Source: Octopus sinensis
Taxonomy: Eukaryota
Direction: 5' to 3'
Length of the DNA stretch: 64,000 nucleotides
NCBI RefSeq assembly: GCF_006345805.1
Contig: NC_043014.1
Span: 2,480,001-2,544,000 of the forward strand
Below the pieces are notes generated by a model, which ran no database searches, was not told the DNA's origin, and was given only the letters and a program-made list of their open reading frames with translations. Positions 12,890-25,137 of the stretch are shown here, in pieces (within the stretch, counting starts at the first letter, position 1; each line of letters begins with the position of its first letter). The translations under genes were made by a program, and so were the position numbers.

Positions 12890-13450
12890 TAATAATAACA
12901 TCGAAGATTACCTTAGGAATGAGAACCCAGGTTGCAAAATTTCCCCAAGACACCTGATGAAGGCTGGAGGGTATATCAGCCGAAATGTTGTGTTAACAAC
13001 AAACAAGATGAGGACAAATAATAATAATAATAATATCGAAAACTACCTTAGGAATGAGAACCCAGGTTCGAAATTTCCCCAAGACACCTGATGAAGGCTG
13101 GAGGGTATATCAGCCGAAATGTTGTGTTAACAACAAACAAGATGAGGACAAATAATAATAATAATAATATCGAAAACTACCTTAGGAATGAGAACCCAGG
13201 TTCGAAATTTCCCCAAGACACCTGATGAAGGCTGGAGGGTATATCAGCCGAAATGTTGTGTTAACAACAAACAAGATGAGGACAAATAATAATAATAATA
13301 ATATCGAAAACTACCTTAGGAATGAGAACCCAGGTTCGAAATTTCCCCAAGACACCTGATGAAGGCTGGAGGGTATATCAGCCGAAATGTTGTGTTAACA
13401 ACAAACAAGATGAGGACAAATATCCGTCAAATGTAAATAATGTAAATAAT
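12890..13450 (+). repeat. Tandem array of four 134-bp units, each with a minimal hammerhead motif (family H3) at 12949, 13083, 13217 and 13351
   Basis: The motif GACAC-CTGATGA-A-GGCTG(GAGGGTATAT)CAGCC-GAAA-T-GTT-GTGTT recurs every 134 bp. Units are separated by (AAT)n. Confidence 0.9.
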
Positions 13451-13594
13451 GTTGTAAATCTTTTAGATCAAGAGATCTGCTGCTACATAATCCAACATGT
13501 GAGCAACACTTGGGTATCTCAGCAGATACAAAAATAAAACTCGTTGACAAAGCAAAAACAAGTCCATGGGAGAAATAAGAGAATGATTACTTAC

Positions 13595-13725
13595 ATATCA
13601 ATATAGAGAATGAAGGCCAGCAGGAGATTGAAAGCAGCCCAAAACAGGGAATTCTGTGAGTATCTCCATAGTTTCTGCTTCCTTAAGACTGCATTAATAA
13701 AGGGAGTGGCAATTGTTCTTACCAT
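13595..13725 (-). CDS. TMEM209: TMEM209, first identifiable coding exon (acceptor at 13727, ATG at 13725)
   Basis: tttttatttag acceptor, GTAAGT donor. Encodes MVRTIATPFINAVLRKQKLWRYSQNSLFWAAFNLLLAFILYID, resembling the TMEM209 N-terminus (RTIKMRK...LAWGLLNVSMAGMIYTEM). Phase-2 end matches the next exon. Confidence 0.85.
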
Positions 13726-14649
13726 TTCTAAATAAAAATAACAAGAGTTATAATCACAATAACAATCCTTTAATCCTTTACTATTTAAACCAACCGTATC
13801 CGACCCAGATATTCTGCTTTATGCTTAAACCAGCCACATCCAGCCTATCACACCTGCCCTACAATGTCATTCTAAAAATAAACAATCACATCAACATCCT
13901 TATCTTGACATCGTATGACATTTGCAAATGAGTGTATTTCGTTGGCCATTTTCCATCTTCCATGAAAACATGTCCAGCCATGGGGCAATACTACTTCGTT
14001 TAGAAATAGGTGGGTGTCGGTGAAAAGAAGTGCATCAGGCTGCAGAACGAAACAAGTTCTGTCTGACCCATGCAAACAAGGACAGCTGGGAGTTACAACG
14101 ATGGAACCAGGTCTGCTCGATCAGGAGTGACTCGGGGTTAAACAACAACAGTAAATGAGGATGCTGGGGTAAAGGATGGCTGTGTGGTAAGTAAAGAACT
14201 GCACACATACATACAAACAGTTCTTAGTTTCTGTTGTGAGCTGTACTCTTTACTCTTTTACTTGTTTCAGTCATTTGACTGCGGCCATGCTGGAGCACCG
14301 CCTTTAGTCAAACACATCGACCCCAGGACTTATTCTTTGTAAGCCCAGTACTTATTCTATCGGTCTCTTTTGCCGAACCGCTAAGTGACGGGGACGTAAA
14401 CACACCAACATCGGTTGTCAAGCAATGCTAGAGGGACAAACACAGACACAAACATACATACATACACACATATATATATACATATATACGACGGGCTTCT
14501 GTTCAGTTTCCGTCTACCAAATCTACTGACAAGGCTTTGGTCGGCCCGAGGCTATAGTAGAAGACACTTGCCCAAGATGCCATGCAGTGGGACTGAACCC
14601 GGAACCATGTGGTTGGTAAGCAAGCTACTTACCACACAGCCACTTGAAC

Positions 14650-15010
14650 GATTCCAAGGGTTTTGTTTGTTTTTTCTTTCTTGCCAGTCAATAGTTCACC
14701 TCTTTCTGACAGTCTTACATAACGGATTGAGACAGAAAAATACAAGATCGATCAGTACTTGATTGATATTTTCGATCTTGTCGTTTATCCATCGATGAAT
14801 AGATAAGGTAAAGTTTAAAAGCAATACTTCGGTATTCGTACGAGAAGCGTCCGTTTATTGTACTACTTAAGAATCAGCCGTTTTACATTGCCGGTTTAAA
14901 CTCTAAACTTTACACCGTTCGGAGAGAATTAGTCATCATTCTTCCGGGAGAGATTACTATAAAAAAAAAACCAATTCTAAGCTCCGTTTCTATTGTTTAC
15001 GGACATTTTT
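14650..15010 (-). promoter_or_regulatory. Probable TMEM209 promoter / non-coding first exon region
   Basis: Unique CpG-enriched segment upstream of the first coding exon, with a CTTCCGG motif at ~14941. Exact exon not resolved. Confidence 0.35.
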
Positions 15011-15546
15011 ATCTTGTATAGAATTATTTATACCTTTATATGTTTGTGTGTGTGTGATATTTAAGTGGGGGAGGCTGAATTAAAATACCAAGTAGGGACT
15101 GATGGAATTATAAACAAGTGGTTAGTAACTTCGAAACATAATGGAAAGTAAAAGAACAGAAATTGTTTTGAAAACACCTCGGATACACAATTCGAAAACA
15201 TACATATAGACACTCACACACATATATATATTATATATATATATATAACGGGAAGCTTTATGAAAATAAACAAAAGACGAAGGCAGGTGGAATACACATA
15301 TATATACACATACACATATATATATACACACATATATATATACACACACACACATAGGTTATATATATATATATAATATATACACACACACATATATATA
15401 CACATATACACCATATATACACACACATATATATATACACACATATATATATACACATATATATACACCATATATATACACACACATATATATATATATA
15501 CACCATATACACATATATATACACCATATACACATATATATACACC

Positions 15547-15583
<37 letters not shown>

Positions 15584-15823
15584 ATATATATATACACCAT
15601 ATATACACACAATACAAGGGTGAGACTACATTACTTTTAAGACTGTAATAAAATCTATTTTAGATGATAAATAATTCCAAATTCGGTGAATAATTAAGGG
15701 AGATCCTCACCTGGGGTCCTTAATTAATTAACTGTCATCGCATTAGAATCACCCGCGTGTTGAGCGGCAACAGGAAGTGGTGTTACGGAGTGAATAACTT
15801 AACCCCGATTCACGCGGAAAGTG

Positions 15824-15866
15824 ATTGACTTTATATAATCGATTTAATCGATTATATAAAGTCAAT
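15824..15866. repeat. Perfect 43-bp palindrome (21-bp arms, 1-nt spacer)
   Basis: ATTGACTTTATATAATCGATT-T-AATCGATTATATAAAGTCAAT. Confidence 0.95.
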
Positions 15867-16248
15867 TTTACTTGAGAAGTTTTGGGTTTAATTGACTATG
15901 TCTCTCTCGGGATCGGATCTTTGTTTTGATAAACGCAAAGAAAATATTGTTGTGTCTGTTTAAATCTGAATTTAAAATTTCAAATGGGAGAGTCAAATTA
16001 TTCACTGCAAAAGTGTGATTTTATTTTTAAATAAATTTAGGCCAAGACAATGAACATTTTATCTGGGGAAAATAAAAAGAATTTTATATCTCTAACGCGT
16101 GCACACACATACTGATAGACAGATTCACACATACACATACATAAATGTATGTGTATATATATATATATATATAAAATAATATGTTACATTACTCAATAGT
16201 CAAGATAAAACTCTGAGTTTCAGATGCCGAAGTGTGTGTGTGTATATG

Positions 16249-16283
<35 letters not shown>

Positions 16284-16284
16284 A

Positions 16285-16364
<80 letters not shown>

Positions 16365-16599
16365 AGTGTATATGTGTGTGTGTTTATATATGTGTGTATA
16401 TATATGTGTGTGTGTGTTTATATATGTGTGTGTATATATATGTGTGTATATATACGAGGTGTTTTCAAAACATATAAAATTATATACATACATACATACA
16501 TATATTTATCTATTCATTTATTTATATCAGGCTAAACATTGCCGTTTCTGTATTTCTATCAATTTCTTTTTTTAATACAATTTCGAAAAAATAAATTTT

Positions 16600-16681
16600 C
16601 TTCGTTTCGTCGGCAGCGGAAGTTCATTTTTCCACTCACTTCCGGTTGGAGCCGCTTTCAAACAAAACCGCGATTCCGACG
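16600..16681 (+). promoter_or_regulatory. LSM3 proximal promoter / 5' UTR
   Basis: CpG-rich, with ETS-type motifs GCGGAAGT (~16616) and ACTTCCGG (~16638) just upstream of the ATG. Confidence 0.5.
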
Positions 16682-16702
16682 ATGACAGACGAACAGGAAC
16701 AG
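16682..16702 (+). CDS. LSM3: LSM3 exon 1 (MTDEQEQ)
   Basis: ATG followed by 7 codons and CAG|GTCAG donor, in a CpG-rich context. With exons 2-4 it gives 102 aa, the length of human LSm3. Confidence 0.8.
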
Positions 16703-17177
16703 GTCAGCATCTCTGTTTACTCCTTTAAACAATAAACAAAACGTCCTCCAGTAAAATCCTTCTATCGACAACATCATTATAAACTACTAAATAACAACAT
16801 AAGCCCATTGTAGCATTGTGGCATTTCCATTGACCCACACAAATTAGAATCCCCACACGCACCGACCCTCTTTTCCGCAATTAAGGAACTGCACGTGTTT
16901 TGCATGTCTTTACCCTTTTCTAGTTCCTTATTATTTGCTTTGCCGCCCTATTATTTATGTTAGCACGTCGGGCGAAATGCTTAGCGGTCGCCGAGGTCGA
17001 CTTTGCCTTTCATCCTTTCGGGGTCGATTAAATTAAGTACCAGTTACGCACTGGGGGTCGATATAATCGACTTAATCCGTTTGTCTGTCCTTGTTTGTCC
17101 CCTCTGTGTTTAGCCCCTTGTGGGCAGTAAAGAAATATATTTATTGTTCGTGTGTTCGTGCTTGTTACAGACTAAGC

Positions 17178-17377
17178 CAGTGCTTTTCAAACTTTTTGGC
17201 TGGAGCGGAACTCCAACGAAACATTCCACTGGCTCGAGGAACCCCTGTGCAATAACTTAATTGTCTTATGCACACACCTGCACAGGAGAATTAAAAATTA
17301 CTGCCGATTTTAGCAGTTTTGTAACTTCTTGCGGAACCCCTGGACTGTACTGGCAGAACCCTGGTTGAAAACCACTG
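17178..17377 (+). mobile_element. hAT-type MITE, 200 bp
   Basis: TIRs CAGTG(C/G)TTTTCAA. Perfect 8-bp TSD GACTAAGC at 17170-17177 and 17378-17385. Confidence 0.9.
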
Positions 17378-17654
17378 GACTAAGCAGTCTTTATTCGCTT
17401 ATAACCTTCAGGTTTGTCGTGTTAGTCTCTGTCAAACACTGTATCAAAAACCCAACCCACCTACTGATAAGTTTAAATTCACCAAGTGCAACAACTAAAT
17501 AGTCTTCCGAGTGTCTGTATGTGTATGTATATGTGTGTGGTAGATAGAAACTCTAGGACCCTGTTATATTTATCGCTTTTGGCGGCGGATCTGAACATCG
17601 CCGGTTTACCGGTGACCCTCGAACAAAGTCCCCTGTTTAGTTGCTCTGCCTTGT

Positions 17655-18365
17655 ATAATAATAATAATGAAATTATTGTATACAGTGCTCAGGTGCACCA
17701 CAACTTGTCAAAAGTGCGTATAAAGCATCTGCAGTAATGTACATATGTCTGGGAAGTGAACAATGTATGAGTCAGATACATGCTTGTGTGTGTATGGAGG
17801 GGAGAAAATCAGGTGTAGTGTTGGCGAATCTCAGGAAGCATGGAAGTTTTGAAGGATGCAGGGCTCCGACAACTAACAACTGATGCCGGCAGTTTGTTCC
17901 ATGCTTCAGCAACTCTTAGCATGAAAAAATGTTTCTGAAAGTCATGGGAGCTGTGCTGTTTTCTGACTTTGTAAACATGTCCACAAGTGTTAGATGGGTG
18001 GAGTCTGAAAAGGTGCTCAGAGTTATTGTTTGCAAGATGGTTAATAATTTTATGGGTGTCTGCCAAGTCAGCTGCCAGACGTCGGAGTTTCAATGTGTCC
18101 AGGCCCAGGGAAGTAAGGCGTTCAGAATATGGCAAATGCCCGATGGAGGGTATTCTCTTGGTTGCACGTCACTGAACGGCTTCCATACAATTAATATCCT
18201 TGGCAAGATAGGGGTCCCAGACCGGTGATGCAAATTCCAGGTGAGGTCTTACCATAGCTATATGAAGCCGTAGATAGATAGCTGGAGAGCGGCTCACAAA
18301 GGACTTGGTGAGTGATGCCAAGACACCCTCAGCCTTCTTGGCAATTTTAGCGATGTATATTTCAT
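17655..18365 (-). mobile_element. 5'-truncated CR1/L2-like LINE 3' fragment in LSM3 intron 1
   Basis: MVRPHLEFASPVWDPY and YSERLTSLGLDTLKLRRL...RVAEAWNKLP, with a (TTA)n tail. Same family as 63181-64000. Confidence 0.9.
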
Positions 18366-18646
18366 TGATTCTCATTTGTCCTTATCGCTGTCAAAAATTC
18401 AATGATCTAAAGGTTGCCCCATTGGAAAACCTGTAACTGAAAACCCTATTAAGAACCTGTGTATTCGTCACGGGCACCTCTTGCCAAAAACATGTCTTTG
18501 CAATTTCTGTTCAAGCTCTTTATTTACTCAGTTCTAATCCCAAAAATGCATGCTGCAGGCATAAACATCACCACATCACACTAGCTTTGGTTATTGAACT
18601 CCCCTAATGTCTAATATTTCTCTTTGTTTCGTTTCTGTTACCATAG

Positions 18647-18754
18647 CAACCGACACAGACGGTAGAAGAGCCTCTGGATTTAATTCGCCTCAGTTTAGAT
18701 GAACGAATTTACGTAAAGATGAGAAACGACCGGGAACTTCGCGGTCGACTACAC
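18647..18754 (+). CDS. LSM3: LSM3 exon 2
   Basis: gtttctgttaccatag / GTGAGT. Encodes [36 protein letters not shown]. Confidence 0.97.
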
Positions 18755-20590
18755 GTGAGTTTGATTCTGCTAATTTCCTCAGTTAAATTTTAGAGACAAG
18801 TGTTATAGAGCTGTATGTAACTAGGATCTTTTCGGTTTGACCAGCAGTTTTTAAAAATAATTTCCACGTAACTAAACACTTTTAAACTTCGTATACTGGT
18901 AGAATGTGTTTATAAAACATCTTTTTCTCTTGGCTTTATTGAGAAAATTCTATATTTTGTAAGATATTTGTTGTTTTTTTTTCTTCAATTTCTGCAATTT
19001 CAACTGATCAATGAAATCTATTGAGGTGAAAGCATTCTGTGCCGTATGAATATGTCCCTCGTTTAAGAAACAGATTGGGTTTATTTACATTTCTGAAGAA
19101 AAAATGATATCCTTTCCCCTAACCCTAAAACAGATGGAAATGCAATAGATCGATACTAGGGTCATAATTATGGGTGACAATTTCATATGACACCGCTAGA
19201 AAAAACTGCCGTTCAAACCGAGAAGATACTGTAACTATTAATAAGTATCCTCATTATCATTTAATGTCCATTTTTCCATGCTGGCATGGGTTGGATGTTA
19301 CGACAGGAGCAGACAAGTAACAGAGGTGCACCAGGGTGCAGTTGTCTGTTTTGGCATGGCTTCCACAGTTGGATGCCCTTCCTAATGCCCACCACTTCAC
19401 AGACTGTATTTGGTGTTTTTCACATGAGCTCACTCGGGGGCGCTGGGTGTTTAGATGCCTTTTCTTTTGAATACTCTCTCTCTTTTACTCTTTTACTTGT
19501 TTCAGTCATTTGAGTGCGGCCATGCTGGAGCACCGTCTTTAATCGAGCAACTCGACCCCGGGACTTATTCTTTGTAAGCCCGGCACTTATTCTATTGGTC
19601 TATATTCTATATATACTATATTCTACTTATTCTATATGTAAATATATATTTATGTTCAAATATTTAAACCTGGTTCCATGCACATTTTTTCAAAGAAGCT
19701 TTTGTTGGGGTCAGAATATGAATATAATACCTGATGGTTGTTTGGTTAAGATGTCCATTTTCCAACCATGCCATTTGGGGTTCAGTCTCATTATATAGCA
19801 CACCTTGGATAAACGACTTTTACTGTAGCCCCGAGCCAACCAAAGCTTCAAAAATATGATCTGATAGATGGAAAGTAACTGAAAGAAGCTTGTTTTACAT
19901 CTGTGTGTAGCAGCTGTCTGGCATGTAAAGAGCACCATTTGAGCATGATCGTTGTCAGCGTTGCCTCAATGGCACGTGAACAAAACATTCGAGTGAGGTC
20001 GTTGCCGGTGCTGCTGGACTGACTCCTGTGCAGGTAGCACGTAAAAAACTCCATTTTCGAGCATGGTCATTGCCAGTCCCGCCAGACTGGCCCTCGTGCC
20101 AGTGGCACTTTAAAAGCACCCACTACACACTCGGAGTGGTTGGTGTTAGGAAGGGCATCCAGCCATAGAAACTCTGCCTGATCAGATTGGAACCTTGCGC
20201 AGCGCAGCCATCTGGTTCGCCTGTCCTCAGTCAAATTGTCCAACCCATGCTAGCATGGAAAGTGGACGCTAGATGATGATGATGATGATATATATCAGTA
20301 AGTAAAGTATTTTTTGCCAACAGAATGTGGTGCTCCTATGACAATGTTACTGTCATGGGCTGGAGAGCTGCACCAGGACTCAATTGCCAAATGTCTGCTT
20401 TGGCCAGGTGTCCTTCCTTAATGCCAACCATTTTACAGAGTGTGCTGGGGTGCTTTTTACTTGGTGCCAGCACAGGAGCTTTTCATGTGGGACCAGTGCA
20501 AGTGTTTTTTTGCTACGTCTTAGTGAATAAATAAATGTCTCAATTGTGTAATTAACCATGATGTGACAGAGTATTTGTTTTGTGTTTCAG

Positions 20591-20686
20591 GCGTATGACC
20601 AACATTTAAATATGATTCTTGGAGATGTTGAAGAAACCGTGACAACAGTGGAAATTGATGAGGAAACATATGAAGAGATCTACAAA
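20591..20686 (+). CDS. LSM3: LSM3 exon 3
   Basis: tgtgtttcag / GTATGT. Encodes [32 protein letters not shown] (Sm1 motif region). Confidence 0.97.
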
Positions 20687-20789
20687 GTATGTCCTTGCCC
20701 TTCGCTGCCCTTCACTTACCATCGGATATTTTAGGATAATATGTTGTGCTTGAGAAGACCTGTTGAATCGAGTGAAATTGTTGGCATTG

Positions 20790-23400
20790 CCAATGCCAGT
20801 GCTGCCTGACTGGCACCTGTGCTGGTGGCACATAAAAAGTACCATTCGAGTGTGGTTGTTCCCAGTGCTGCCTGACTGGCACCTGTGCTGGTGGCACATA
20901 AAAAGTACCATTCGAGTGTGGTTGTTCCAGTGCTGCCTGACTGGCACCTGTGCTGGTGGCACATAAAAAGTACCATTCGAGTGTGGTTGTTCCCAGTGCT
21001 GCCTGACTGGCACCTGTGCTGGTGGCACATAAAAAGTACCATTCGAGTGTGGTTGTTCCCAGTGCTGCCTGACTGGCACCTGTGCTGGTGGCACATAAAA
21101 AGTACCATTCGAGTGTGGTTGTTCCCAGTGCTTCCTGACTGGCACCTGTGCTGGTGGCACATAAAAAGTACCATTCGAGTGTGGTTATTACCAGTGCTGC
21201 CTGACTGGCACCTGTGCTGGTGGCACATAAAAAGTACCATTCGAGTGTGGTTATTACCAGTGCTGCCTGACTGGCACCTGTGCTGGTGGCACATAAAAAG
21301 TACCATTCGAGTGTGGTTGTTCCCAGTGCTGCCTGACTGGCACCTGTGCTGGTGGCACATAAAAAGTACCATTCGAGTGTGGTTATTACCAGTGCTGCCT
21401 GACTGGCACCTGTGCTGGTGGCACATAAAAAGTACCATTCGAGTGTGGTTATTACCAGTGCTGCCTGACTGGCACCTGTGCTGGTGGCACATAAAAAGTA
21501 CCATTCGAGTGTGGTTGTTCCCAGTGCTGCCTGACTGGCACCTGTGCTGGTGGCACATAAAAAGTACCATTCGAGTGTGGTTATTACCAGTGCTGCCTGA
21601 CTGGCACCTGTGCTGGTGGCCACATAAAAAGTACCATTCGAGTGTGGTTGTTCCCAGTGCTGCCTGACTGGCACCTGTGCTGGTGGCACATAAAAGTACC
21701 ATTCGAGTGTGGTTATTACCAGTGCTGCCTGACTGGACCTGTGCTGGTGGCACAATAAAAAGTACCATTTGAGTGTGGTTATTGCCAGTGCTGCCTGACT
21801 GGCACCTGTGCTGGTGGCACATAAAAAGTACCATTCGAGTGTGGTTATTACCAGTGGCTGCCCCCCTGATGGCACCTGTGCTGGTGGCACATAAAAAGTA
21901 CCATTCGAGTGTGGTTGTTCCCAGTGCTGCCTGACTGGCACCTGTTGCTGGTGGCACATAAAAGTACCATTCGAGTGTGGTTGTTACCAGTCGCCTGACT
22001 GGCACATGTGCTGGTGGCACATAAAAAGTACCATTCGAGTGTGGTTGTTCCCAGTGCTGCCTGACTGGCACCTGTGCTGGTGGCACATAAAAAGTACCAT
22101 TCGAGTGGTGTTGTTGCCAGTGCTGCCTCACTGGCCCAGTGTTGGTGGCACATAAAAAGTACCTTTCGAGTGTGGTTGTTGCCAGTGCTGCCTGACTGGG
22201 CACCTTGTGCTGGTGGCACATAAAAAGTACCATTCGAGTGTGGTTGTTACCAGTGCTGCCTGACTGGCACCAGTGCTAGTAGCAACGTAAAAAGTACCTT
22301 TCGAGTGTGGGTGTTGTCAGTGCTGCCTGACTGGCACCTGTGCTGGTGGCACATAAAAAGTACCATTCGAGTGTGTTATTACCAGTGCTCCTGACGGCAC
22401 CTGTGCTAGTAGCACGTAAAAAGTACCTTTCGAGTGTGGTTTTGCCCAGTGCTGCCTGACTGGCACCAGTGCTGGTGGCACATAAAAATACTTCGAGTGT
22501 GGTTATTACCAGTGCTGCCTGACGGCACCTGTGCTAGGTGCACGTAAAAAGTACCTTTCGAGTGTGGTTGTTGCCAGTGCTGCCTGACTGGCACCTGTGC
22601 TGGTGGCACATAAAAAGTACCATTCGAGTGTGGTTGTTACCAGTGCTGCCTGACTGGCACATGTGCTGGTGGCACATAAAAAGTACCATTCGAGTGTGGT
22701 TGTTCCCAGTGCTGCCTGACTGGCACCTGTGCTGGTGGCACATAAAAAGTACCATTCGAGTGTGGTTGTTGCCAGTGCTGCCTCACTGGCACCAGTGTTG
22801 GTGGCACATAAAAAGTACCTTTCGAGTGTGGTTGTTGCCAGTGCTGCCTGACTGGCACCTTTGCTGGTGGCACATAAAAAGTACCATTCGAGTGTGGTTG
22901 TTACCAGTGCTGCCTGACTGGCACCAGTGCTAGTAGCACGTAAAAAGTACCATTCGAGTGTGGTTGTTGTCAGTGCTGCCTGACTGGCACCTGTGCTGGT
23001 GGCACATAAAAAGTACCATTCGAGTGTGGTTGTTACCAGTGCTGCCTGACTGGCACCAGTGCTAGTAGCACGTAAAAAGTACCTTTCGAGTGTGGTTGTT
23101 GTCAGTGCTGCCTGACTGGCACCTGTGCTGGTGGCACATAAAGAGTACCATTCGAGTGTGGTTGTTCCCAGTGCTGCCTGACTGGCACCAGTGCTGGTGG
23201 CACATAATAAGTACCATTCAAGTGTGGTTGTTACCAGTGCTGCCTGACTGGCACCTGTGCTGGTGGCACATAAAAAGTACCATTCGAGTGTGGTTGTTAC
23301 CAGTGCTGCCTGACTGGCACCTGTGCTAGTAGCACGTAAAAAGTACCTTTCAAGTGTGGTTGTTACCAGTGCTGCCTGATTGGCTCTTGTGCTGGTGGCA
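20790..23400 (+). repeat. 66-bp minisatellite, ~39-40 units, derived from the internal repeat of SINE family A
   Basis: Unit CAGTGCTGCCTGACTGGCACCTGTGCTGGTGGCACATAAAAAGTACCATTCGAGTGTGGTTGTTCC. It runs directly into the family-A 3' body at ~23400-23540. Confidence 0.95.
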
Positions 23401-23814
23401 TGTAGAAAGCATCCACTACACTCTTGGAGTGGTTGGCATTAGGAAGGGCATCCAGCTGTAGAAACACTACCAGACCAGACTGGAGACTGGTGCAGCCTTC
23501 TGGCTTGCCAGCCCTCAGTTCAACCGTCCAACCCAATTCAATCCAATCTGTGCGTGTGTGTTTATATACAGTAGTACCTCGGTTTTTGAACAACTCTGAT
23601 CTCAAATAAATCATGCTTTATATATGTGTGTGTGTAGAACGTTGAAAAGGAACACACGAGTTGATATATATGGAAAAAAAAGTCAAGGTAGAATATGCTA
23701 AAATAATATAATAAAATTCATTTCAGTACCAGTTTCAGTCATTGAGACTTTTTGAACTGTAATTATGAAAGATAATTAAATTTTGGAAAAAAATTTTTAA
23801 AGAATATTTGCATA

Positions 23815-24215
23815 GGCACAGGAGTGTGGTAAGTAGTTTGCTTACCAACCACATGGTTCTGGGTTCAGTCCCACTGCGTGGCATCTTGGGCAAGTGTCTT
23901 CTGCTATAGCCCCGGGCCGACCAATGACTTCTGAGTGGATTTGGTAGACGGAAACTGAAACTGAAAGAAGCCTGTCGTATATATGTGTATATATATATAT
24001 GTATGTGTGTGTGTTTGTGTGTCTGTGTTTGTCTCCCTAGCATTGCTTGACAACCGATGCTGGTGTGTTTACATCCCCGTCACTTAGCCGTTCGGCAAAA
24101 GAGACTGATAGAATAAGTACTGGGCTTACAAAGAATAAGTCCCTGGGTCGATTTGCTCGACTAAAGGCGGTGCTCCAGCATGGCCGCAGTCAAATGAAAC
24201 AAGTAAAAGAGTATA
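23815..24215 (+). mobile_element. tRNA-derived SINE family C (GAGTAAAA-type tail)
   Basis: TGTGGTAAGTAG...GGGTTCAGTCCCACTGCGTGGC...TTGGGCAAGTGTCTTC...GCTCCAGCATGGCCGCAGTCAAATGA. Other copies: ~926-1312(-), 14245-14645(-), 19480-19610(-), 35040-35560(-), 49400-49705(+), 54300-54860, 55130-55650, 61730-62115(-). Confidence 0.85.
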
Positions 24216-25053
24216 GTGTTCAAATACAAGGGGCATTTTCCTTGTTTCTGCCTATATATGTATAGATAGATATAGATATTATAAAGCACGATTTATTCAT
24301 GATTAGGGACGTTTGTAAACCAAGGTCCTACTGTATTAAATGAATATGAGAAAGACAGGAGATAAAGTACGATTTATTCATGATCAAAGTTGTTCGAAAA
24401 CTGAGGTTCTACTCTGTGTGTGTGTATGACCGCTGGACTGACTCCTGTGCAGGTGGCAAGTGAAGAAACACCATTTCGACCCTGTGCTTGAGGAGATCCA
24501 TTGAGTCAAGTACACCGACATCAAAATCAATGGAAACTGCAGTTGTGATCCCTGAGCCGGTGGAACGTAAACAGCACCATCTGAAGGTGGCCGATGCCAG
24601 CGCCGCCTAAACTGGCTTCCGTGCCGGTGGCACGTAAAAAGCGCTATCCGAATCGTGTCCGATACCAGCGTCGCCTCGACTGGCTTCCGTGCTGGTGGCA
24701 CATAAAAAGCACCATCCGAATTGTGGCTGATGCCAGCCTCGCCTAGCACCTGTGCAGGTGGCACATAAAAAGCACCCACTACACTCGCGGAGTGGTTGGC
24801 GTCAGGAAGGGCATCCAGCTGTAGAAACATTGCCAGATAAGACTGGAGCCTGGTGCAGCTTTCTGGCTTCCCAGATCCCCGGTCGAACCGTCCAACCCAT
24901 GCTAGCATGGAGAACGGATGTTAAACGATGATGATGACGATGATAAATAAATAATATTTTAGTGTTGATGGCTTTTAAATGAAGAAATCTTGTTTTCTAC
25001 TCTCATGGTAGAAACATTTAACATTCTAAATAATAATTTATTTTTCTTTTCAG

Positions 25054-25137
25054 TCAACGAAGAGAAACATTGCCATGTTGTTTGTGAGAGGAGATGGAGT
25101 TATTCTTGTATCACCTCCAATGCGAACAGGAACTTGA
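25054..25137 (+). CDS. LSM3: LSM3 exon 4 (terminal)
   Basis: tttttcttttcag acceptor. Encodes [27 protein letters not shown] then TGA (Sm2 motif). A candidate AATAAA lies at 25417-25422. Confidence 0.97.
   Translation, partial: STKRNIAMLFVRGDGVILVSPPMRTGT

Noticed and set aside
20606-22933. ORFs up to 500 aa with 22-aa repeats (TGNNHTRMVLFMCHQHRCQSGS etc.)
   Set aside because: A by-product of a stop-poor 66-bp unit (a multiple of 3) that is open in several frames on both strands. It lies in LSM3 intron 3 and derives from a SINE.
20790-23400. CRISPR-like appearance of the regular array (also the 134-bp and 20-bp arrays)
   Set aside because: No unique spacers, no cas genes, and eukaryotic intronic context.
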